DNA of 64,000 nucleotides. Source: a virus. The notes under the pieces were generated by a model, which saw only the letters and a program-made list of their open reading frames with translations, was not told the origin of the DNA and ran no database searches. The stretch spans positions 1 to 64,000 of IMG/VR virus record IMGVR_UViG_3300045988_145683. One strand, given 5' to 3'. This document shows positions 54,401-64,000 of this stretch, piece after piece. A program made the translations under genes and the position numbers. Numbering within the stretch: position 1 is the stretch's first letter; each line of letters begins with the position of its first letter.

Positions 54401-56233
54401 AAACTCATCATAATTAAGATATTTATTTTGAGCTTTAAATTTATCCCAAGCATCATCATCTTCCCAATTATCTCTACTTACTTTATATCTAGTATATTTA
54501 GTTATAACTTTAGCATAATTTTGAGGATTCTTTATTTTAAATTGAATCTCAATAGTAGCAGATGATGATCCATCTTTAAAAGCCATTTTTCCGACTGGGA
54601 TAGATACTTCAGCACCATTGCTTACTCGTAAACAAGTCGTATTATTTTCATCAAAAACCCAACCATTATTATACCAATTAAAATTTTTAAATTCTACATA
54701 TTTATTATTATTAATTAAATAAGTTTCACGGCCTAATTTTCCCTCTGAATTAGAACGACCAGTAGCTATAAAATTAACTTTTAAATTATCTTTTTTTGCT
54801 AATTTCATATCTCTTAAAGGATCAATCAAAATTGTAAAATTAAAATTACGAGAATAAGAATAAGGATCAGTACCAACTTTAATAGTATAATAAGAACTAT
54901 CATCTACAGTTAAATTAGTAATTTCCCAATATTGCCATTCTCTAACTTGTGAACTATCTAATTCTCTAGTTCCTACTTGGACGCCATTCTTATAAAGAAT
55001 TATAAAAGCTCCATTATTATTTGGGTCTAATACTTTAAAAGGAATTCTTATTGTCTCATAAGTATAATATTCTGTCTTAAAATCTTGCACCCAAATTAAA
55101 GGCATTTTATTGCCTGGTTCTTGAATAACAATTTCCTTTTGAATAAAATCTGTTCCCGCGCCTTTTTTAGAATTATTCATTAAATACAACTTTGCTTTTA
55201 TTATATGCTCACCATGAGTAAAATAATTTTTTAAAGTAGAAACTTTGTCAACCCCTAATATATTTGTATCAGGAGTAATAACAAAAGAATCTTCAGAAGA
55301 AGAATCAGTATCACTATAAGTTCTATCTAAAACTAAATAATCATCAAAATAAACTTCAACAGATCTGGCGATATCTTCAGACATTAACCAACTAACAGAT
55401 ATTTGTTCATTATCAATTGGACTATCATTACTAAAACTACTTTCTTTCCAATTAAAAGAAAGATGATGTTTATTAATATTAATAGTATCAGAGCTTTTCT
55501 AAAATCTATTATTTTCTTTATCAGGATTATAATAAATACTAAAATTAATTTCACTAGAACATGAATTTCTTAAAATATTAGTTAAATCAATTTCTTGCGG
55601 AATATTGTGCTCATAAGTAGTAGGAGGAGAAGTATAATAAATTTCTTTTTCTGTAGCACTTTTAATTTCGCTTATAGTTATAATTCCTTGCACAGAAGAA
55701 GATTGCGGAACGCCACCAACAGTTCTACATTTAACCAAAACTTTTACTTTAACATTTTCTTCATTTAAGATATCAACAGGGCTGTCAGATGGAATTCTTG
55801 TTAAAGAAACAGTTCCTAAAACTTTTTGTTCAGAGTCTCCTTCTCCGCCACCGCCTGCCCCAGCGACAGTTAATTTTTCACATCTCGCACATTCTTCGCG
55901 GTTTTCATTTAAAGCAAAACCTAAAATTCGATAAAAACATCCGTCTAAATTTAAAATTAAATCATCTATATGACAATTTGTTATAGATAATTTTGATAAA
56001 AGAATTAAATAAGCCACTGGGTTTTCATCCGCATCATATTCAATTTCCACAGTATTATCTGTACCGTAAATTACCTGAACACCACTAGACCCTATTGGCA
56101 TTTTATTTTCAGTTGCCGTATCTAAATAAACTCGGCCTGTATCTGTTGCCACATAAAAATATCCATCGCTTTGAGGATATTCTTTTATTTTTTCTTCTGG
56201 GCCCTATACAGGACGAAAACGTATCTTAGACAT
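48488..56233 (-). CDS. giant virion structural protein (about 2580 aa; tail fibre / adhesin-like), more than 20 in-frame TAG codons
   Basis: GAAAGGAG RBS then ATG 56233. Track ORFs 55499..56152, 54251..55384, 53732..54187, 52946..53356, 51197..51970, 50459..51193 and 49160..49828 are all in one frame and all end in TAG. The gap 51971-52945 was checked codon by codon and holds only TAGs (52295, 52463, 52721). The first non-TAG stop is TGA 48488. Composition is beta-rich, N/T/S/Y-rich. Confidence 0.6.
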
Positions 56234-56252
56234 AATTTACTCCTTTCTATCC

Positions 56253-56290
56253 TAAAAAAAATATGGGGAAAGAATATTTCATCTTTCCCC
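56253..56290 (-). terminator. rho-independent terminator
   Basis: GGGGAAAGA...TCTTTCCCC stem followed on the minus strand by T8. Confidence 0.55.
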
Positions 56291-56351
56291 ATAAAAACAT
56301 TCTTCTATATAAAATAGAAAAAATTATATTTATTATTAAATAGTATTGCCC

Positions 56352-57998
56352 TTAGAATGTTCCCCACTCTAACTCAAAATTAACTTTAGCATCATCAGTC
56401 TTAGTTGCCGCAGAAACATTAACTTTTAAGCTATTACTAGTGAAAACAAGTGGTTTACCTTCAAGATCAGCACCAGCAACTTTAAGATTAGGAATTAAAG
56501 TATCAGTACCATTTACTGTATAATCTGCGTTGGCAATTTCTTGGTGAGTATTCTTTACAGTAAATGTTTTTTTAGTAGATTTAATTACATGGCCTTGAGC
56601 ATCAATTTCAGTTGGTTCATTAATAACAATAGTCTACTCATCGGCATAATTTTGAGAGACTGGAGTATTCACAGTTAAAGTATTACTGTGTTTAATAGTA
56701 ATTTCTTTCACTACTGAACCAGTTTGAGCCTTTACTTCTAACTCAATACCTTCTTCACCTTTAAGGACATAATTTAAAAGTTCTTTAGTAGGACCAAGCT
56801 TAATAATAAATCCAGCATTACTGTTATCATCAGCTCCTTCGACCTCAGTAACAGGATCATCAGCAGAAGGAACATAAGTCCAACTAATAGTACCAGTAAT
56901 AACACCATCAACTTCTTTGCCAGAAGCGATAATTAAATCTCCAGGACGTAAGTAATGACCGTTCCAAAGAGTGTCTTCAGCGCCAGTATAAATAAAGGTA
57001 TTACCTTTAGCAATTTCAGTAATATCAGCGCTATCATAAATAATGGCTCCATCTTTAACCTAGAATCCGCCACGGAATATCATAGCGTTAATAGTTCTAA
57101 GCTGATTATCAATATCTTGTTTACTATAAACAGGAAGAGTTAAAACACCATCTTTAAATTTATAACTGCCATCCTTGCCTTCTAAAGCAATTTCTGGATC
57201 AATATCAGCAGATAAAGTTGTACTATTATCAGCTCCTTCAACACCAGGACCGCTAATAGAAGCAGTAAAACCAGTACCATTAGCGTGATTAATTACGTTG
57301 ATATCATTAACTGCTTTATCAACACTTAAAGTATAACTACCAGCGGGGTTTTCAGCAATATTAACATTACTGCCAGCGATAATATTAAAATTACCCGCAT
57401 CAGTATCAGCATTTTTTAAATTAACATTTAAAGTTTTATCACTTAAAGAAGAGCTTAATTGATAATTAATTCCTTTTAAACTCAGTTTAACAGTGTCTAC
57501 ACCTTTATCATCAACTGCAGGAATTGCTTCCACTTGAATATAATCGCTACCAATAATATCATAAGTCTCAGTAATAATATTACCACTACTATCAGCAATA
57601 GTATTAGTTATAGAAACTCCATTAGGTTTTTCAGGATTACTATTTACTGATACATTACTATTTTTTTTACTAGTATCTAAAACAGTATCAGTGTTAGTTT
57701 GAATCCAACCTTTACCATTATTAATACATAAGATATTTTTATCTTTTACATAATAAAATTCGCCAGCAGTATTTTGGTTAAAACTTTGAGGTAAACCTGC
57801 GGTAGTATCAACTACATTAATACCTTGATTTACAGGAACACAATTATTTTCATCTACACCATAATAAAGACGACTTGGTTTTTTATAATCATCAGCGGAT
57901 TTATTATCATTAATTACTAAATAAAACGCACCAGGTTTATATCTACCTGCCACCTTTTCAAATTCGGCTTGAGAACCTTTTAAAAACTTAACGTTCAA
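56352..57998 (-). CDS. tail-fibre-like structural protein (about 548 aa), TAG-containing
   Basis: AAAGGAGTG RBS then TTG 57998. Track ORF 57060..57998 ends in TAG. Read-through reaches TAA 56352. N-terminal VKFLKGSQAEFEKV...GAFYLV domain is shared with two other fibre-like genes. Confidence 0.5.
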
Positions 57999-58012
57999 TC
58001 TTTTTCACTCCT

Positions 58013-58594
58013 TTAAATATCAGTCCAAGAAACAGTTTGTTCAACTGCTTCAACACGAGTTACCAAATTATCAGGACCCTTATCTACTAAATATTTATTA
58101 GCTATATTAATTGTTTCAATATCTCCCTAAGTTAATGTTCCTACTGGCATATCAATCCATGTACCAGCATCAGTAAGAATATGTTTTCCTTTAGTTTCAT
58201 GTAAAGAAACTGGAACTAAACCCGGAACCGTACCCTTAAAAACAGGAGCTAATTTAGCTAAATTTTCTTCCGTAGATAATTTTTCAACAATAGAATTAAT
58301 TAAAGTTTCATTATTTTCTAAGCCCTAATTAACCCATTTTTTTTGTTCTTCGTTATAAATTAAAACTTGATTTGTTTTAACTTCATTGAGAACAATATCA
58401 CTTAAATCGCTTAACTTACCCCCGGAACTAATTCCACCGCAAATTAAACGACTACCTAAATAAAGTTCTCCAGAAGAATCATTTTCCCCATAAATAAAAT
58501 ATAAAGTATCATTGTCTCTTTTGGTTCCTAAACTTTCAAAAGCAGTTTTAGAACCTCTAACAAATTTTACATATTTATTTAATGTATTAGGCAA
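58013..58594 (-). CDS. fibre-like protein sharing the conserved N-terminal domain (2 in-frame TAG codons)
   Basis: GAAAGGAG RBS then TTG 58594. VKFVRGSKTAFESL...TLYFIYG. Track ORF ends in TAG 58325. Read-through reaches TAA 58013. Confidence 0.45.
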
Positions 58595-58643
58595 GATAAT
58601 CGACTCCTTTCTATTATTTATAAAATCTTTTTAATCAATACTA

Positions 58644-58675
58644 AAAGGGTTTGGCCTATTAAGACCAAACCCTTT
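58644..58675 (-). terminator. possible rho-independent terminator
   Basis: Stem AAGGGTTTGG...CCAAACCCTT. Modest U-tract. Confidence 0.4.
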
Positions 58676-58682
58676 ATTTAAA

Positions 58683-60959
58683 TTAAGTTGTTTCAGATGG
58701 AGTATCAGTATTGTTTGAATTTTTCTTTAAAGCATCAACATCAGTTCTTAATCCAGTAATTAAATCATTTAATTCTGTATCTTTATCCTATAATGCTTTA
58801 ATAGTTTTATTCAATTCCGCGTTTTTAGTTTGTAAAACTACAATTAAATCAAACATTCCTGCTACTGTTTTAGCTCCATTATCTCCAGAAGTCGCATTAT
58901 ATGTAAGACCACGCACTGCGCTTTCATTTAATTTGCCACTTGCTAAAGTATTTATATCAGCTAATGTGCCAGTATAGCCACCTAAAAGATTAGTTTTTAA
59001 AGTATTTAAACTACTCATAGTAGCTACTTTATTACTATTGCTATAAGTTCCATCAAAAGCAATAGGTAAATCACTTTCTTGTAAAGCACTTCTTGAAACA
59101 GTTATTAAACCATCTTTTTCTTCTACTGCCGTAACAAATTGTTTATCTACTTTATTATCAGTTTTATCTAATTTATCAATAGCCTATTTAATACTATAAG
59201 CAACAGAATTAGTCGTAGATACAGTTCCATTTAATACATCAATTTTATCACTTAAATTGCTAATACTATCTCTATCAGCATTAATTCCCTATCTTAATCC
59301 ATAAAGAGTCGGGATAGTATCTTTACCAAAACTATTGTTAGATTGACCTAATAGAGTATTATATTTACTATCACTATTATCAATTAATTTACTAATACTA
59401 TCATTAAGAGTTGTATCTTTAGTAATAGTATTTAATTTATTGTTAATAATATACCCTTTGCCTAATGCTAAAGTTCCTAAATAAGATTTCTCACTACTTA
59501 AAGCTCCAGTAGTATCAGTAAAATTTAAAGAAGTAAAAACATTACCTTCTTTAGTATTAGTATAAGAGCCTTTTGGAATACTAACTGAAAATGTTTCTTC
59601 TTTTACAATATGTCCCGCTCTATCAGTAAATAATTTAGGTAAAGTAATAGAAGAACCAAAAGTACCAAAATCAACATCTTTGCCATAGCTTTTTGATGCT
59701 TTACTTACATCTAAATTATTATGAGTAATTTTAATAACTCCACTATTCTTCTCAATGTTCGCATCTACTGAAATCAAATTATCTCCTTCGATAGTCGCAG
59801 ATTTCATATAATTATCATTAATATCATTATCAGTTTCAGTAGAAAAATAAATAAGTTTATTAGTATCTAATTTATCTAAACTCATTTTTCTATTAAGGGT
59901 ATTCAAAGCACCTTTAATATTAGTTTTATCAAAATTAGTAGTAGAATCATCGCGATTTTGACCGTAAAGCAAGTCATAGGTATCACATACTGCATTACCA
60001 AGAGCAGGAAGCTTTACAACAAGAGATTTGCGGTCGTAGCCGTCTTCGATCGGCTCACCAACAACATTATCCTATGCTACATTATAATAAAATCTATATC
60101 CTGACTAACTTAATTTATAATTAATACTATTTTTTGTAGTATTATCGTAAGAACGTTTTGTTTTACTAAATCCTTCTTTATTATAATAAATATTATTATC
60201 GTCTAAATCAAGCTGGAAATTAGTAGGAACTCTTAATTTATAAAGTAAATTCGTGCTACTTTGATCTGTGGTTATCGCAGGTCCAAGCTCACTTTCTAAA
60301 TAATAAACGCGCCCCTCAGTTTTAGTATCATTATTATCTAATTTATAATGACTATCAGTTTCATCATAATAATAATACTTACCTGGTTGGTATACAATAC
60401 TAGCATTATCAATCGCAACATAGGGATCTTGAGGAAGTAGTGGGTAAATTGAAAAATTAGGAACAACAGTATTTAATTCAGCAATCTAAACATAAGTCTC
60501 TTGATTATTGATGTATTGTTTTATCCAAACTGTAGAATCATAACCGCGACCATAAACAGGATAATCTATTTGATAATTTAAATTATACTATTCATCATCG
60601 ACTCTATCATTAGTAATTCTAGTGAGATATTTCCACTCTTTAGTCCCGCTCGCGGTTACATTTCCCACATATAAATACCATTGGTTGCTTCTTTTAACTT
60701 TTACTAATTTTCCATTCTCACATAAAATAATATGAGAATCACTTCTATCAGAAGGATCATCATACATAATTTTATTATCAAGATATCCTACTAAATATTG
60801 AGTAGCAGGAAGGCCATATTCAACTAAAACATAGCGTCCTAAAAATATACCATCACTCGTACAACTATTATCCATTTGAAGTCTATTGCTATAAATTTTA
60901 TCAAAAGTAAAGGTTGTTTTTGAAGTATTAGTTATATTACCATAAAAACCCATTATCAA
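58683..60959 (-). CDS. large virion structural protein (about 758 aa), TAG-containing
   Basis: TTG 60959 overlaps the upstream TGA. Track ORFs 60588..60959, 59289..59972 and 58788..59018 are in one frame and all end in TAG. The gap 59973-60587 was checked and holds only TAGs (60072, 60105, 60486). TAA at 58683. Confidence 0.5.
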
Positions 60960-61300
60960 CCCTCCTCAAATAAATAATCTATAATAAGATATGCTTCTTG
61001 ATTTTGATTAATCAAATTCATAGAGCTTCTATCAAATTTAATTAAATTAATAGTAGAAATACCTTCTAAGTCTAATTCATAAATACCAGTATTTCCAACA
61101 ATAATAGCATTAGCGCTATCATTTAAATAAAATTTCGTTCCTGGCAAAGTCTAAATACCTAATTGAGTAATTAATACATTTTGATTATTATTTTTAAATG
61201 CAGCTCCTGTAATTAATTTACTCATATTAACATCACTTGGATAGTTCTTAGAATTAAGACCTTCACCATAATAACGAATTTGTCTTATCTTTCTTGCCAT
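60956..61300 (-). CDS. hypothetical virion protein (1 in-frame TAG)
   Basis: AAGGAGGA RBS then ATG 61300. Extends track ORF 60956..61147 through TAG 61151. TGA stop. Confidence 0.45.
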
Positions 61301-61313
61301 TTAGTGGTCCTCC

Positions 61314-63620
61314 TTAATATACTCTTGATATCGCTTTGGTGGCACTAATAGACATTGAACCATTATAAGTTAATGGAATAGTTATTTTATTAACTAAATA
61401 TTCTCCTTCAACGCCACTTCTTTTATCTTCAATATAAATTCTATTATTAGGCTCTAAATAATAAACTGGAATAGTAGAAATTGAAACGCTCTCCGCACAG
61501 TAAGCAGTCGTATAGAGCAAATCCTCAATCTCATCAACTGCGCTTTTACCCTTAGAACTAATCTTAAAATAATTATCATATCCAGAAGGGATATTGATCC
61601 AAATATATCCACTTTCTGTTGGATAGTTATTCTAAATAATAGAATCATAATCAGTCTATGTCATAAATAATACATCAGGTGTATCTCTATAACATATAAC
61701 TTTTACATTAGTATCATTAATTGCTTTTGTTCTATCTCCAATTAATTGGACTGAATATTTAGCAATATCCGCATTTTCTTCCCCAATAAAATCAAACCAG
61801 AAATTTAAATTCTCAGGATTATTTTTTACTTCTTCCTTGAAATCTAATTTATCATAATCATAAATATCTCTCCAAAAGGAGAATAAATCTACATAATAAG
61901 TCTCATAACCAGTTATTCCAGAAGGATAGAGGTCAGGATTCGCGGTCGCCACTTTACTGGTAAAATCATCTGCATAATTATATTGATAATAATCTACAGC
62001 CATACGATATAGAACTTCGCGCCAATCGCAATAAATAACTCCTGGTTCATTTTCACTTCGATACCACTTATTTTTATAAGTTTTTTGTTCTAATTGCGGA
62101 TTCATAGTATCAAAAATATCATTATTATACATTGTAGATTTATATCTATTTATATCATTATCATTTACAATAATCGTAGTATACTAAATAGGCTTTTGGT
62201 CTATCGCGTATCTTAGATGAATAGGAATCTCAGCACCACTCGCACTTTCTCTCTATCCCCAAATAGAAAAATCATTTCTTAAATTAGCAATCTGTGGAGT
62301 GTTGTTAAAAGAAATAATTGTCTATCCGTCTCTAAATGAATAAATTGAAGATGAAGAATAAACTGCAGGCTCAATATAACTATCTCCATTAGAATTATTC
62401 ACTATACTAGTCCAAGACTAATATTCATAAAATTTCTTTCTTTGGAAAATAAATCTACCATCTATATCATAATAATATTCAAAACAACTTAACATATTTT
62501 TAATTTTGTCTAACACGCTAGCCACATTTTCACCAACACTTGTAATAAGTTCTCCTGCATAGACTAAATCACAAATACGATAACCAACTGTTTCATTAGT
62601 TGTTCGACTTATAATAGTATAAATAGTTCCGTTATTTACCAGTCTTACTTTAGTCGGTTCAGAAGCGTCATCTAATAATTTATTACTATCTAAATTATCG
62701 AATTTAATACTACTCATATCAGTTATTTTATTATTATTTACATCTAATAAATCTGGCAATATCCCTATTGAAGCATTAACTATTCTATTAGTTTGCGCGT
62801 CTTTAAAAAAATACATAGTTTCATCACATTTATTAGCCAATAATTCATAACCATATTGATCTAAATCATTAATAACTATATTACTTTCTTTTTCTTTGCC
62901 ATAAACTGTAAGAAGTTTTTTAATAATAGTCTAAATAGGAATTTGAATTAAATTTAAATAACTTTCTCTTAAATAGTATTCTCTATTACTAAATTCTTCT
63001 TCATCTAAAACGTAATAAGTGGTTTGTTTATTCTAAGTAGAAATATAATAAACGTTATGTTTCTTAGCTTCTTCCTCACTATTGACAATATAGCAATATT
63101 TACCTTTTATATAGTTATCTTTAGTTATATTATCTTGTTTATTATAAGTATAAGTAATTACTTCTTCCTATCCAAAATCTATAGAAGCAGGTAAATCTCC
63201 TCCCAAATCTCCATTTAATAAACACATTTTGTCTTTACCTTGAATAGAAATGCTATATGAGCTAGCACTTTGAGAAGTATTAAAAGACGTAATTAAATAA
63301 ATGCCTTGATTAAACCAAATAATATCTGGATATTTATTATCAATTTTATTTTCTAATCCAATAGCCAAACTAAACTTAGAATTTAAACCCCAAGAATATT
63401 GTTTATATAATTTCTCATTTGTGGCCATAGTAAGAGAACAAGACCGGCGGACCGCAGATGTTCCATCAATATTAATTGATCCACCGGTTATCTTACCCTC
63501 TATACTTTCTATTGGTAATTCATCAAATGTTAGTAATTCAATACGAGCATAAACTACTTTATGTTTAAATTCATCTAACTTTTTAAGAAAGTCGGTATCA
63601 TATTGTCTTTGAGTCTTCAT
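61314..63620 (-). CDS. large structural protein (about 768 aa; baseplate-like), TAG-containing
   Basis: Track ORFs 63168..63620, 62418..62840, 61656..62132 and 61314..61520 are in one frame. The three upstream ones end in TAG. The gap 61521-61655 was checked and holds only TAGs (61632, 61656). TAA stop 61314. Confidence 0.45.
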
Positions 63621-64000
63621 AATCCTCTACCGCCTTTCTTAAAGTGTCAATAAATAAAGTATATGTTTCATCAACTGTCTTTTGTAATCCTGCTACTTTA
63701 TTATTATAATTTTTTATACAAGTCTAAATATTATTCTAATTCACATTATAGAATGGATCATCTTTAGTGAAATCAGGATTACTTTTATCTTGTTCTAATT
63801 CTTTAAAATCTTTTAAGGCCTTCTTAGCTCTTAACCAATTTTGCTTTAATTGATAAATTGTGGTTGTAATATAATTCTAACCATTAAAAATTCTATAAGT
63901 AGTTTGATTATCATTTTCAAAAGAATAAACTACTTCTTGACGTTGGACTGATAATTCGCATAAAACACCTGGATCGACTTCAATAGAAGTAATATCAGTT
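63598..64000 (-). CDS. partial structural gene (C-terminal part; N-terminus beyond the window)
   Basis: Open minus-strand frame from the window edge down to TGA 63598, overlapping the start of the next gene. Confidence 0.35.

Noticed and set aside
1-64000. Search for tRNA or suppressor tRNA, rRNA and CRISPR repeats
   Set aside because: No cloverleaf-compatible sequence was found in any intergenic gap (960-1024, 4023-4205, 7960-8147, 17737-17810, 19151-19297, 24376-24444, 26194-26246, 41379-41455). A T-loop-like TTCGAATC at 31041 lies inside the polymerase coding sequence without acceptor or anticodon stems. No regularly spaced direct repeats were seen.
1-64000. Alternative explanation that in-frame TAGs are pseudogenisation or sequencing errors
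   Set aside because: There are far too many. They are TAG-specific (TAA/TGA still terminate the merged ORFs). They fall at conserved Gln positions, and they preserve the frame and domain order of homologous proteins.

Overview
This 64-kb window is an AT-rich (roughly 30% GC) segment of a large lytic-type dsDNA phage genome. No rRNA, tRNA, CRISPR array, integrase or transposase was found. The host is probably a low-GC Gram-positive bacterium, judged from three signals: sigma70/sigmaA-like TTGAC(A/T)-N17-TATAAT promoters, strong GGAGG ribosome-binding sites, and an endolysin carrying a C-terminal SLH (S-layer homology) motif. The window has two convergent modules that meet at a bidirectional terminator near 41.9 kb. 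The plus strand (1-41.9 kb) carries early/middle replication and nucleotide-metabolism genes and a lysis cassette. These include a P-loop kinase, a PIN-PhoH fusion, a T4-type two-subunit topoisomerase II, RNase H, ATP-dependent DNA ligase, a Sak4-like recombinase, DnaB helicase, primase, a DHH/RecJ-like exonuclease, a Dda-like helicase, an HNH endonuclease, DnaE-type DNA polymerase III alpha, guanylate kinase, anaerobic ribonucleotide reductase NrdD/NrdG, dUTPase, RuvC, and an SPFH/flotillin. The minus strand (41.9-64 kb) carries late virion genes: tail-fibre-like proteins, baseplate-like paralogues and a roughly 2580-aa giant structural protein. The central observation is that amber TAG is a sense codon here, almost certainly glutamine. 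In-frame TAGs sit at invariant Gln positions of GIY-YIG motifs (YIG-Q-S, RWK-Q-H), and many track ORFs fuse into long domain-coherent proteins once TAG is read through. TAG is absent from the core replication enzymes, sparse in middle genes, and dense in the lysin and structural genes. Two essential-looking enzymes (polymerase III alpha and a metallophosphoesterase) each need a +1 frameshift at the codon just before an out-of-frame stop; the polymerase site is CTT TGA, the same shifty-stop heptamer as E. coli prfB. A group I intron with a GIY-YIG homing endonuclease splits nrdD. No suppressor tRNA or release factor gene is present in this window. Coordinates that I derived by hand (merged ORFs, signals) may be off by a base or two; coordinates taken from the ORF track are exact.
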